64,000 nucleotides of DNA from Minisyncoccota bacterium (GCA_035549255.1 DASZRD010000004.1:72667-136666), one strand, 5' to 3'. Positions 34,239 through 43,268 are shown, counted from the first letter of the stretch. Made by a program: numbers and translations. The notes: generated by a model not told the origin, from the letters alone.

Positions 34239-35030
34239 ATGGCTAAAAGAGACGGCCGTTCGGATTCCGAACGGCACAAGCTTCAGCAAGAGATGCTGGA
34301 ATGCCTACCACGCCTCAAGATGTTTGCCTTGTCGTTGACGCATAATGCGTCCCGAGCTGAGGACCTGGTACAGCAGACGATGCTCCGAGGCCTGGCAAAC
34401 CTGAAGCAATTCAAATCTGGCACCAACATGTCAGCCTGGTTGTTCACAATCATGCGCAACAACTTCCGTTCTGATTACCGCAAATCAAAGCGGGAGCAGG
34501 AATGGAACCCTGAACTGGAAGACAAGCTTATGTTCAGCACGGGCTTAGGGGAAGGCGGAGCGGAAGCTTCATTTGATTTCAAACGGCTTTTGCTCTGTCT
34601 GGTCTGCCTGCCCGCCGACCAGAGCGACGTGGTCATCGCGGTCGGCTACCTCGGCATGTCGTATGAAGAGGCCGCAGGAATACTTAACTGTGCCGTCGGT
34701 ACGATCAAGTCGCGGCTCAATCGGAGCCGCGCGGAACTCCTTGTCCTTATGGAAGGAGCGGTACTGAAGTCAGTGAAGCTAGAGACGCTCAAAACCGCAA
34801 CGAAAGGCATACCTCAAAACCATCCGTACTATCCGATAGCGAAGGCCTATGAGGAACTCTACGTCGGGCTCAAGGATGTTGACGACGGATCGGATAGCAG
34901 TCAGAAGAGTAACGAGCATGCCAAAACCTCAAAGAGCGACAAGCTCTGGGAAGATTTGGTGGCCTCCGGCGCCCTCGACTACGATAACGATACGCTGGAC
35001 GACCTCATGCGAGGCGGACCGGAGGAGTAA
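34239..35030 (+). CDS. ECF-type sigma-70 factor with ~80-aa acidic C-terminal extension
   Basis: Region 2 (LVQQTMLRGLANLKQFKSGTNMSAWLFTIMRNNFRSDYR) and region 4 (DVVIAVGYLGMSYEEAAGILNCAVGTIKSRLNRSR) are present. An AGGAG Shine-Dalgarno sequence precedes it. Confidence 0.8.
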   Translation: MAKRDGRSDSERHKLQQEMLECLPRLKMFALSLTHNASRAEDLVQQTMLRGLANLKQFKSGTNMSAWLFTIMRNNFRSDYRKSKREQEWNPELEDKLMFSTGLGEGGAEASFDFKRLLLCLVCLPADQSDVVIAVGYLGMSYEEAAGILNCAVGTIKSRLNRSRAELLVLMEGAVLKSVKLETLKTATKGIPQNHPYYPIAKAYEELYVGLKDVDDGSDSSQKSNEHAKTSKSDKLWEDLVASGALDYDNDTLDDLMRGGPEE

Positions 35031-35134
35031 TGAACCGCGGCTTTGGCTGCGGTTCTTTTTTGCCACCAAGGACAATATGTGGTACTTTCTTGCACGGAAT
35101 AGAAGATACACTCTGCTCTTTGAAGGAGGACTGT

Positions 35135-36166
35135 ATGTCCAAGCCAGCTTTGACGGTCGTCTCCTCCTCCGAGGAGCCGACGAATGGATACGCCTATCTC
35201 GAACTGCTCGCAAGGGTCAAAAAGGCTCTGGAGACGGGCCGCGAGATCAGCATCCCGTTCTCGGATATCCGGCCGTATCCCACACAGCCGCGCCAACGCT
35301 TTAACGCGGAAGGCATCCGGCGGTTGTCCGCGTCCATCGACGCGGGCGGCCAGACAAGCTCGGGGATAATTCGTGAGAAGCCGGCTGATATCCGGTACGA
35401 AATGGCCGATACGGGCCCCGAAATCGTACCGCGTCGAGTGTCCGGACATACTACGTATGAATTGATCGACGGCGAGCGCCGCTGGCGCAGCATCGGGCTC
35501 ATACCTGAACTCCGCCGTCCGCTGTACCGGGCGAAGTTGATTGTTGCCGAAGACGATGTGGTCCAGTATCTCATCTCCGGCATCACCAATTTCAACCGCG
35601 AAGGTCATACGGCTCTTGAGACGATGTCGACTATCGACCGGCATCTCAAATTCGGTTTCCCGATGCAGGAGATTGCAAACCTTCTCGGCATCAGCCGGTC
35701 GTGGGCAGACCAGATACACGGTCTCATGAGCCTCAAGCCTGAGTATCAGAAGCTTCTCGACCCCGATCTGCCGAAAGCCAAGCAGCTGCCTATTACGGCT
35801 GCGATCCAAATCTCCAAAATAGAGCCGCAGCTGCAAGACAGCCTCGTTGCGCGCGTCCTGGCCAGGGATATCTCTCTGAGCCGGCTGCGCGGCGAAGTCG
35901 TACGGGTCGCACGGAGCGCGGGCTCGGCTATCCGGACCCGGGAAGTAGAGCCGCGCAAATTGTGGACATCTTTCGGCAACAAAGTCGACTCGATCAGCCG
36001 CACCGCTGCCGACGCTGAGGACCTTATCACAAAGCAGGAAGTCAATCGCTTTGTGAGGCAACAGCCACGGGAGACCGACGATCTGCTCAGCAAAATTATC
36101 GACGCGAAGGTTTCTCTTTCGGAGATCGAAGCAGCGATACGCCGGTCGAGAAGTACGCAGAGCTGA
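35135..36166 (+). CDS. ParB/Srx-fold nuclease/CTPase-like domain protein with HTH (ParB-like)
   Basis: A ParB N-domain with the GERRWR motif, an HTH (MQEIANLLGISRSWADQIHGL) and a C-terminal helical domain are present. The start at 35135 has an AGGAGGA Shine-Dalgarno sequence. Confidence 0.75.
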   Translation: MSKPALTVVSSSEEPTNGYAYLELLARVKKALETGREISIPFSDIRPYPTQPRQRFNAEGIRRLSASIDAGGQTSSGIIREKPADIRYEMADTGPEIVPRRVSGHTTYELIDGERRWRSIGLIPELRRPLYRAKLIVAEDDVVQYLISGITNFNREGHTALETMSTIDRHLKFGFPMQEIANLLGISRSWADQIHGLMSLKPEYQKLLDPDLPKAKQLPITAAIQISKIEPQLQDSLVARVLARDISLSRLRGEVVRVARSAGSAIRTREVEPRKLWTSFGNKVDSISRTAADAEDLITKQEVNRFVRQQPRETDDLLSKIIDAKVSLSEIEAAIRRSRSTQS

Positions 36167-36177
36167 AACCGTCTTCA

Positions 36178-36210
36178 GAGCCGCCATCGAAAGATGCGCG
36201 GCTCTTTTTT
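36178..36210. terminator. Hairpin plus T-tract terminator after the ParB-like gene
   Basis: AGAGCCGC-CATCGAAAGATG-CGCGGCTCT is followed by TTTTTTATTT. Confidence 0.5.
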
Positions 36211-36216
36211 ATTTCA

Positions 36217-36651
36217 TTATATATTCTCTCGCAAAACGGCGAGCATGTTACGCGCCATGCCGACGCCCCTCCCTAGGACCGCACCTCCGGCAAGCGCAAG
36301 AATGATCGTGAGCACCTCGGGACCGGCAAACCATTGCCTAATAAAATGCTCGCCCGCAATCTCGAACACGATATAGCATCCCAGCAATATGCCGCCATAG
36401 ATATCCATGCGCGAGACGACCTTCGCCGAGTCTTCGTCCCAGGAAGTGATGTACATCCGCGAGAGGAGGCTTCCGACGACGATGCCAATTACGAGTACGG
36501 CAAGCGGATACCAGACTCCCCCACCGTGCACGATAACGCGATAGATAATTGCAATGATAATAGCTGCCGATATTCCAAGGTACAGTCGCACGCGGTTGCG
36601 CAGGCGCGAGTGCACGTGCCGGTCAAGATGCTCGCGAGTCAATTCGGCCAT
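36217..36651 (-). CDS. Hypothetical 4-TM membrane protein
   Basis: It is a hydrophobic 144-aa ORF with no motif. Confidence 0.5.
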   Translation of the reverse strand: MAELTREHLDRHVHSRLRNRVRLYLGISAAIIIAIIYRVIVHGGGVWYPLAVLVIGIVVGSLLSRMYITSWDEDSAKVVSRMDIYGGILLGCYIVFEIAGEHFIRQWFAGPEVLTIILALAGGAVLGRGVGMARNMLAVLRENI

Positions 36652-36717
36652 AGAAGTAATTTACTATCTAAAACGCCGAGTGAACGAGCGATGAAATCAG
36701 ATTTTCACTACGGCTGA

Positions 36718-36987
36718 TCACTGCTTGCGGTGATGATTTTTGAAGAGTCCCGAAGCGCCGACCTTGATGATAAAGAAGAGATAGATGATCTCGAGTATCC
36801 CGGCGGTATTGAGAATAAGGATAAAAAAGAACCACCCCACATGCCCGCGCTGTGCCGCATGCCAGAGACCCAAGCCCTTCCAGAACACGCTCCAGCACAC
36901 AAGCACCAAAAGCATCAGCCCCGCGGCCGGTATCCATAGCGGCGCACCCAAGCCCAATGCGTATGGCATGTTGTTCAAATTATTCAT
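36718..36987 (-). CDS. Small 2-3 TM membrane protein (DUF5652-like)
   Basis: It was trimmed from track ORF 36718..37281, which runs through tRNA-Ser. The start is MNNLNNMPYALGLGAPLW. Confidence 0.45.
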   Translation of the reverse strand: MNNLNNMPYALGLGAPLWIPAAGLMLLVLVCWSVFWKGLGLWHAAQRGHVGWFFFILILNTAGILEIIYLFFIIKVGASGLFKNHHRKQ

Positions 36988-37044
36988 GAGTCTAGTATAG
37001 CAAATCCAGAGGCATTTGAGTCTGTCCGATAAAAAATATTTAGT

Positions 37045-37131
37045 GCGGAGGCGGAAGGATTCGAACCTTCGGTCCAGTTTCCCGGACAACAACTTAGCAG
37101 GTTGCTGCTTTCGACCGCTCAGCCACGCCTC
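37045..37131 (-). tRNA. tRNA-Ser (anticodon GCT), long variable arm
   Basis: The reverse complement reads GGAGGCGTGGCTGAGCGG...anticodon loop CTGCTAA...extra arm...GGTTCGAATCC...CGCCTCC-G, 87 nt. Confidence 0.75.
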
Positions 37132-37328
37132 CTCGTTCGCTTTAGCGAACTTCGGAGGCGTGTGCTTCGCCGCAAGGGCTTCCCTAAAGCCTGCTTGAGC
37201 CAGGGCCTCAAGCAACGGCTTTTTCCTCAACGGAATCAGACGAAACAGTATGCAGATACTGTTTCGTAGCCACGCCTCCAATGTTCATTACCTTACACTA
37301 AAACAGAGGCTCGCGCACGCTCTCATTT

Positions 37329-37625
37329 TTATAGATATTTCTCCCCGTAGCGGCGCATGGCTCTTTCCACCCCTCGCAACCCTTCCCCTTTCTTGGTCGC
37401 GCTATAGGTGCCGTCGGCGCGTTTGCGGATGATACGCTCGCTCTCAAGCTTGGCGAGCTTGAGAGCAAGCGTACGGGTAGAGATGCCCGGCAGTGCGCGC
37501 TCGAACTCGCAGAAGCGCATGGGACTCCGCTCCTCCAGCAAGGCGCGGACGACGAGCATCGTCCAGGTGTCCGAGAGGAGCTTGGCAGTCTTGGTAACGG
37601 GGCAAGTAGTCGTAGTCGGCTTCAT
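37329..37625 (-). CDS. HxlR-family winged-helix transcriptional regulator
   Basis: CPVTKTAKLLSDTWTMLVVRALLEERSPMRFCEFERALPGISTRTLALKLAKLE is the HxlR signature. Confidence 0.85.
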   Translation of the reverse strand: MKPTTTTCPVTKTAKLLSDTWTMLVVRALLEERSPMRFCEFERALPGISTRTLALKLAKLESERIIRKRADGTYSATKKGEGLRGVERAMRRYGEKYL

Positions 37626-37676
37626 ACCTTTTATAGGCAGTATAGCATGCGGTGGAGTGGATAAATTACTTTACTT

Positions 37677-37695
37677 TGTAAAGTATATGGCGGTA
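37677..37695. promoter_or_regulatory. Inverted repeat TACTTTAC-TTT-GTAAAGTA in the divergent HxlR/LUD promoter region, candidate HxlR operator
   Basis: The repeat has perfect 8-bp arms and lies between divergent genes. Confidence 0.35.
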
Positions 37696-37751
37696 TACTG
37701 AAGGCTACATTCTTAATAATTAGTAATGGTTACACAGCACCTAACACTAGT

Positions 37752-38369
37752 ATGGAGTACGACACGCTCGCATCAGATGCATCGCTCGAGAAAACCGCCG
37801 CCTCGCTTAAAGAGCACAACTTCGAGCCGGAGATTTTGAATACCAAGGAAGAGGCGCTCGAGCGGATCAAGGCACTCATCCCCGCCGGAGCCTCGGTCAT
37901 GAACGGCGCTTCGCGCACGCTCGACGAGATAGGCTTCGTCGGCCACCTGCAGTCCGGCGACCACGACTGGCACAACCTCCACGAGGCGATTCTGAGCGAA
38001 CAGGACCCGGCTGAGCAGCAAAAACTGCGCCGCATGTCGGTCGTCTCGGACTTTTACCTCGGCAGCGTCCACGCGCTTTCGGAAACCGGCGAGATGGTGA
38101 TCGCCTCCAATACCGGCAGCCAGCTCCCCCACCTGGTCTATACTTCGCCCAACATTATCCTTGTCGTGAGTACCAAAAAGATCACGCCGACGCTTGGGGA
38201 CGCGCTCGCGCGGCTCAATGAGTTTGTGGTCCCGCTCGAGGACGACCGTTTGATGAAACAGCACAACATGCATACGACGCACGCCAAGACGCTCATCATG
38301 CACCGCGAGAATCCGAACATGGGCCGCCACATTCACGTGCTCCTCGTCAAAGAGAAGCTCGGCTTCTAG
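37752..38369 (+). CDS. LUD-domain protein (YkgG/LutC-like, DUF162)
   Basis: Its length and motifs (EALERIKALIPAGASVMNGASRTLDEIG...IILVVSTKKITPTL) are typical of LutC-like proteins. It is divergent from the HxlR gene. Confidence 0.8.
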   Translation: MEYDTLASDASLEKTAASLKEHNFEPEILNTKEEALERIKALIPAGASVMNGASRTLDEIGFVGHLQSGDHDWHNLHEAILSEQDPAEQQKLRRMSVVSDFYLGSVHALSETGEMVIASNTGSQLPHLVYTSPNIILVVSTKKITPTLGDALARLNEFVVPLEDDRLMKQHNMHTTHAKTLIMHRENPNMGRHIHVLLVKEKLGF

Positions 38370-38381
38370 CCGGGCGCGGAA

Positions 38382-39728
38382 CTAAAGCCCGATGGGTATC
38401 ACGCCCGACACCGGAGGAATGGCGATTGTTCCGGAAGTATTGACCGCGCTGCTCGTTGCGCCCACAGAAGAGCCGCCGCTCGTCGCCGTATTCGATATCG
38501 TGTCCGCCGAAGCACCTGCTGAAGAGGAAGCGCTCCCTTCTATGACGATCGGGAATCCGGCCGAAGCCGAGCTTTGATCGGGCCTCATGGGCGCCACCGG
38601 CCATACGAAATCCTTCTTGAAGGTCTTGCTTGCAGTAATAAGCGTGCCGAGCTCGATGCTCTGCTTGAGTGCGCTCGTGAACTTCGCGCGCGCGGTCGCG
38701 TAATCCTGCCCCGCGATTGCATCGTCGCCGGCGCGGATGGTTGCATCGAACTGATCGAGATGCGCCTGGATGTTGGCGACCGTGGTGGTAGAGAGCGAGT
38801 TCTGAGCGGCGGCAAATTGCGCGCGCACGCGCGTGATCTGCACCTCTGCCTTCTTCTCAAGCCCCACGGCGACCGTCTGGTCGACTGTGGCGCCCGGGCT
38901 TCCCGCGACTGGCGCCGAAGCCGCGGGCGCCTCCCCGTGCGCATTCGTAGCGGAGAACATTTCTGCCGTGCCGCTGGCCTGGACCTCGAGCGTGTCGGAG
39001 GCGGACATGGTCATCGGCTGCGCCTTGGGCGCGACCATAGCCATTGCTTTCATGACCACCACTGGCGCGCCGCCCGACCCGGAGCCGATGCTCGCAGCCG
39101 GCGCGACGTTCATTGCAAGCGTCGCGGCATTTTCCTGGGTTGCGGTATCGGTGCTCGTGTCGCCGATACCAGAGAGGATGCTGCTATGCGCGGCGAGCGC
39201 GGAGTCGAGCGTTACCTGCGCTTCAACGGCAGCGCTCGGATCGCTCTGCGCAAGACTATCGGCCGAGCCTCGGGCCTGCGCGACATGCGCGTCGAGGTTG
39301 GCTTGCAGCTCGCTCGTCGTCGTCGCGTCGAGCCGGCCCATGCTTGCGAGCGTCTCGGCCTCCTCAAGGCGCGTCTGCGCGACGGAAATATTGTAGGAAG
39401 CCTTCGCCGCATCGCCGATAGCGAGCGCGCCCGCGACATTTTCATTCACATAGATCTTGACCGGATACAGAGTCTCGCCCGGCAGCGCTCCCTGCGCAGC
39501 AAGAGCCGTCCCGCCGCCGGCAAAGACGACCAGTAGGAAGGCGGCGATCGGCATCGCGAAGCGCATGGAGAAAATAGAATACGAGCTGCGCACGACCGTC
39601 CGGCGCGGCGGGGCGTATTTGGCGCCGTCTATCACCTCGAAAATCCGCGCGCGCATCACGGCCTTCTCGTCACGCGAAAGGCGCAGGTTCTTGGCGGCGG
39701 TTTGGAGCTGTCTAAGCGGATTATTCAT
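38382..39728 (-). CDS. Membrane anchored anti-sigma-factor-like protein (DUF5667-like), partner of the upstream ECF sigma
   Basis: A cytoplasmic N-terminus is followed by one TM helix and a long Ala/Ser/Thr-rich extracytoplasmic domain. The start is 2 nt from the sigma-factor stop. Confidence 0.6.
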   Translation of the reverse strand: MNNPLRQLQTAAKNLRLSRDEKAVMRARIFEVIDGAKYAPPRRTVVRSSYSIFSMRFAMPIAAFLLVVFAGGGTALAAQGALPGETLYPVKIYVNENVAGALAIGDAAKASYNISVAQTRLEEAETLASMGRLDATTTSELQANLDAHVAQARGSADSLAQSDPSAAVEAQVTLDSALAAHSSILSGIGDTSTDTATQENAATLAMNVAPAASIGSGSGGAPVVVMKAMAMVAPKAQPMTMSASDTLEVQASGTAEMFSATNAHGEAPAASAPVAGSPGATVDQTVAVGLEKKAEVQITRVRAQFAAAQNSLSTTTVANIQAHLDQFDATIRAGDDAIAGQDYATARAKFTSALKQSIELGTLITASKTFKKDFVWPVAPMRPDQSSASAGFPIVIEGSASSSAGASADTISNTATSGGSSVGATSSAVNTSGTIAIPPVSGVIPIGL

Positions 39729-39729
39729 A

Positions 39730-40275
39730 TCATTTCATCTTGGGGTCGGATTCGAGCGCGACTTTGAGCTTGCGCAGCCCGCGGTGGATGCGTACCGAGA
39801 CCGCGTTTTCGCTTTCCTCAAGCGCCTCGCCGATCTCCTTGGGGGTCAGGCTGTCGACATAGCGCATGACGAGCACTTCGCGGTAGGAATCGGGAAGGGT
39901 CTTGAGCGCCTGCAGGGCGCGGGAGCCTTCGAAGCGGTCGATCGCCGCTTCCAGCGTATTGGTCTCGTCGGCGGGGAGCAAGTTCTCGATGCTGTGCGCG
40001 TCTTCATCGAGCATGCCCTCGAGCGAGTAGGATTTTGCCTTGCGGTACTCGTCGATGATGAGGTTGCGGAGCGTCCGGTAAAGGAACGGCCGCACCTCCC
40101 GCACTTCCTTTCCATCCGCGATATACTGCCAGGTCTTCAGGAACGCCTCCTGGGTCAGCTCGAGCGCGCGCTCGCGGTCGGAGAGCCGGAGGCTTGCGTG
40201 GCGAAAGAGCTCGTCGCTGTAGCGCTCGTAGGCCTCGCCGAATGCCGCCTCTTGGTCCCTCATATATAGACGCAT
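39730..40275 (-). CDS. ECF sigma-70 factor
   Basis: Region 2 (LELTQEAFLKTWQYIADG...FLYRTLRNLIIDEYR) and region 4 (YREVLVMRYVDSLTPKEIGEALEESENAVSVRIHRGLRKL) are present. The start was trimmed to MRLYMRDQEAAF. Confidence 0.85.
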   Translation of the reverse strand: MRLYMRDQEAAFGEAYERYSDELFRHASLRLSDRERALELTQEAFLKTWQYIADGKEVREVRPFLYRTLRNLIIDEYRKAKSYSLEGMLDEDAHSIENLLPADETNTLEAAIDRFEGSRALQALKTLPDSYREVLVMRYVDSLTPKEIGEALEESENAVSVRIHRGLRKLKVALESDPKMK

Positions 40276-40411
40276 GAGGGGTCGCCCCCTTTCACGTCGC
40301 CCTATTCTAGCCTGTTTATTGGATATGTGCGATTCTTCTCTATTTCTTGACATCTTCATGCGTCGAGGGGTACACCAGATAAGGGTGGCTGTTCTGTAGC
40401 AAGGAGTCGTA

Positions 40412-40789
40412 ATGACCAAACCACGCCTTCGCCTGGCGGTATCAAACCCGCCGGAAGAGCATGCGGAGGATGCAGACGAGTGGAGTACGTCCGCCGAGGA
40501 GCTCATGCAGTTCCTTGGCACGCCGGATACGATTGAGAAGATCGCGGTGATACGCAGCACGATCGCGCACAGTAGTATCGCCGATGACGCGAAGCGCCTT
40601 GCCGCATCATGCAGCCTTGCGTTCGATCTTTTCGTCACGGGCGCGGCAATCGTGCTCGTGCGCGGCGACGACTACGTCGCGGTGGTGACGAATTACCTCG
40701 ACCACAGCGTCAGGCGCGCGGACAACGCACTCATCCGCGACAATCTGACAACGCTGCTGTACCTTTACCGCAAAGAGGCCGGCCCCTAG
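40412..40789 (+). CDS. Hypothetical acidic protein
   Basis: A good AAGGAG Shine-Dalgarno sequence lies 8 nt upstream. The gene is followed by a GGCCGGCCCC-TAGG-GGCCGGCC hairpin. Confidence 0.5.
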   Translation: MTKPRLRLAVSNPPEEHAEDADEWSTSAEELMQFLGTPDTIEKIAVIRSTIAHSSIADDAKRLAASCSLAFDLFVTGAAIVLVRGDDYVAVVTNYLDHSVRRADNALIRDNLTTLLYLYRKEAGP

Positions 40790-40845
40790 GGCCGGCCTCT
40801 TATCATGCGCTGTCTTTCTTCATAGGGCGCATATATGATACGTAC

Positions 40846-43110
40846 ATGCGCCTCACCGACCCCATCGCGAACGCGTTCAAGCTCGCCGACCCGCAGAAAA
40901 GCGCGCTCCATCGCCTTGGCATCCGCACGGTGCGCGATCTTATATTCCACTTCCCCGCGCGCTACGACGTCGCCGGCGAGGGCACGAGCATTTTGGGGCT
41001 CGTCAGCGGGCAAGAGGTAACGCTTGTCGGCACGTTGGAAAAACTTGAGGCGAAGAAAGGCTGGAAGTCGCGCATTCCGTTAACCGAAGGATACTTGCGC
41101 GATGCGACGGGGCGCATCAAGGTGCGCTGGTTCAACCAGCCGTACATCGCCAAAATGTACGGCAACGGCGTCTTGGTAAAAGCAGTCGGCAAAGTGACCG
41201 GCAGTCCCGGCAAAGAATATCTGGCCAATCCGGAGCTTGAGCGAATTTCTTCGACCGAGGCAGGGCTTTTTGACCCGGAGCAGAAAGATGTTATGGAAAA
41301 GTCTGGCCTGCCGAGCCGCTCTGCGGCGAAGACAGGAGACCCGAGGACTTTTTCAGAAGATCTTTCTGTGCAGGATGAGACTCCAGAATTATTCGCAATC
41401 TACCCGGAGAGCGGCGGAATAACCTCGCTCTGGATGCGCCACGCAGTGCAAAAAGTTTTCGGCTCCGGTGTGCTCGAAGAAATTGAAGATCCGATTCCTG
41501 CGGAACTTCTCAAAAAATATAATTTGCCGACGCTGCGCAGCGCGCTTATCTGGGTGCATACGCCGCAAAGCCTCAAGGATGCCGAGGCTGCGCGCAAGCG
41601 CTTTGCCTTCGAAGAAGTGTTTCTGATCCAGCTCGAGCGCCAGCGCGAGCGATTGCAGCAATCGCGCGAGCAAAGCTTCGCGGTCGACGCTCCCGAGGAC
41701 GCAATCAGCGAGTTCGTGGGTGATTTCCCTTTTGCGGCAACAAAAGCGCAAGAAAAAGCTATTGATGCAATCTTAAAGGATATGAAGTCGGGTCATCCGA
41801 TGTCGCGGCTTCTCGAAGGCGATGTCGGGAGCGGCAAGACCGCGGTCGCGGCCACAGCTACGTATGCGGCGGTGCGCACGCGGCCCAATGGCCAGAACTT
41901 CGGCACGCTCCAAGTCGCCTATATGGCGCCGACCGAGATCTTGGCGAAGCAGCATTTCGAATCTTTCATAAAGTATTTTACTAATTTCCCCATCAATATC
42001 GGGCTTATTACCGGCTCGGGCTGCTATAAATTCCCATCTAAAGTCCGCCGCGACCAGCCGACAACGATTTCTCGCGCGCAATTGCTCAAGTGGGTCCAGA
42101 ACGGCGAGATCCCGGTCCTCATCGGCACGCACGCGCTTATTCAGAAGTCCGTACAGTTCAAGCACCTCGCGCTTGTAGTGATCGACGAGCAGCATCGCTT
42201 CGGCACCAACCAACGAAGGGCGCTAGCAAAAAAGTCTGATACGTTGAACCGCGACGAGTCGCGGTTGCGCCTGCCTCATCTGCTCTCAATGACGGCGACC
42301 CCAATCCCGCGCACGCTCGCGCTCACTATCTATGGCGATCTCGACCTGACGCTCCTGGACGAGATGCCGCCGGGCCGCAAGCCGATCAAAACAGAAGTCG
42401 TTGAGCCCGAAGATCGCGCGAGCGCCTACGAACACATGCGCGCACAGCTCCAAGAAGGCCGGCAAGCGTACGTGATCTGCCCGCGCATCGACGAGCCCGA
42501 CCCCAAGAAGGAGTTCGCGCTCCAAGCCAAGTCAGTGACTGCCGAAGCCAAACGGCTCAAGAAAGACATTTTCCCCGAGTATGAGATTGCGATCCTTCAC
42601 AGCAAGATGACGCCGAAAGAGAAAGATACGGTAATGGAGCGCTTCGCCAACCACGAGATCGATATCCTTGTCGCCACCTCGGTAGTCGAGGTCGGCGTCA
42701 ATGTCCCCAACGCAACGCTCATTATGATAGAGGGCGCAGAGCGCTTCGGCCTCGCCCAGCTCCACCAGCTGCGCGGGCGCGTGGTGCGCTCGACGCATCA
42801 GGCATACTGTTTTCTCTGCCCTGCGACGCGCGGCGAGAAGACGATGGAGCGATTGAAGGCGCTCACCAAAGCGAAGAACGGGTTTGAGTTGGCAGAGATG
42901 GACTTGATGCAGCGCGGCGCGGGGCAACTGGGCGGCAGCCAGCAATGGGGCATCTCCGACATCGGCATGGAAGCCTTAAAGAATTTAAAATTGGTTGAGG
43001 CCGCGCGCAACGAAGCGCTCCTCTTGGTGCACCGAGACGAGAATTTACAAAAGCATCCGATGCTCGCCGAAGCGCTCGCCCGCCGCGCGCAATCAATGCA
43101 TTTTGAGTAA
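40846..43110 (+). CDS. recG: ATP-dependent DNA helicase RecG
   Basis: A wedge/OB domain is followed by a helicase core (GDVGSGKT, DEQHRFG, TATPIPRTLAL) and a C-terminal domain. The start was trimmed to MRLTDPIANAFKL. Confidence 0.92.
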   Translation: MRLTDPIANAFKLADPQKSALHRLGIRTVRDLIFHFPARYDVAGEGTSILGLVSGQEVTLVGTLEKLEAKKGWKSRIPLTEGYLRDATGRIKVRWFNQPYIAKMYGNGVLVKAVGKVTGSPGKEYLANPELERISSTEAGLFDPEQKDVMEKSGLPSRSAAKTGDPRTFSEDLSVQDETPELFAIYPESGGITSLWMRHAVQKVFGSGVLEEIEDPIPAELLKKYNLPTLRSALIWVHTPQSLKDAEAARKRFAFEEVFLIQLERQRERLQQSREQSFAVDAPEDAISEFVGDFPFAATKAQEKAIDAILKDMKSGHPMSRLLEGDVGSGKTAVAATATYAAVRTRPNGQNFGTLQVAYMAPTEILAKQHFESFIKYFTNFPINIGLITGSGCYKFPSKVRRDQPTTISRAQLLKWVQNGEIPVLIGTHALIQKSVQFKHLALVVIDEQHRFGTNQRRALAKKSDTLNRDESRLRLPHLLSMTATPIPRTLALTIYGDLDLTLLDEMPPGRKPIKTEVVEPEDRASAYEHMRAQLQEGRQAYVICPRIDEPDPKKEFALQAKSVTAEAKRLKKDIFPEYEIAILHSKMTPKEKDTVMERFANHEIDILVATSVVEVGVNVPNATLIMIEGAERFGLAQLHQLRGRVVRSTHQAYCFLCPATRGEKTMERLKALTKAKNGFELAEMDLMQRGAGQLGGSQQWGISDIGMEALKNLKLVEAARNEALLLVHRDENLQKHPMLAEALARRAQSMHFE

Positions 43111-43134
43111 CCCTGCGGTATAGTGAGCCTCAAT

Positions 43135-43206
43135 GGGCGCGTAGCTCAGCGGTAGAGCGTCCGTCTTATACACGGATGGTCCCAGGTTCGATCCCTGGCG
43201 CGCCCA
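43135..43206 (+). tRNA. tRNA-Ile (anticodon TAT)
   Basis: Cloverleaf GGGCGCG-TA-GCTC-AGCGGTA-GAGC-G-TCCGT-CTTATAC-ACGGA with T-loop TTCGATC, acceptor CGCGCCC and discriminator A. Confidence 0.7.
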
Positions 43207-43268
43207 CTACATTTCTCACCCTCTCTGTGCTACCCTTCCCTCGGGTTCTTCAACACACGGAGAGAAAG

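Noticed and set aside
36988-37281. Upstream portion of ORF 36718..37281.
   Set aside because: It reads straight through tRNA-Ser(GCT). The gene was trimmed to the 89-aa membrane protein starting at 36987.
37132-37330. A possible second (pseudo-)tRNA upstream of tRNA-Ser.
   Set aside because: Only a 13-nt copy of the 5' acceptor/D-arm is present. The downstream sequence diverges and forms an unrelated hairpin, so it is a fragment and not a gene.
40609-40845. Long N-terminal extensions on track ORFs for recG. The same pattern applies to pyrB 43176, pilB 24852, ligA 15974, sigma 40638, OtsA fusion 33992 and GT 31708.
   Set aside because: The extensions run into tRNAs or neighbouring genes. They are Arg/Pro-rich and unconserved. 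Internal Met codons match the conserved protein N-termini and often have Shine-Dalgarno sequences.
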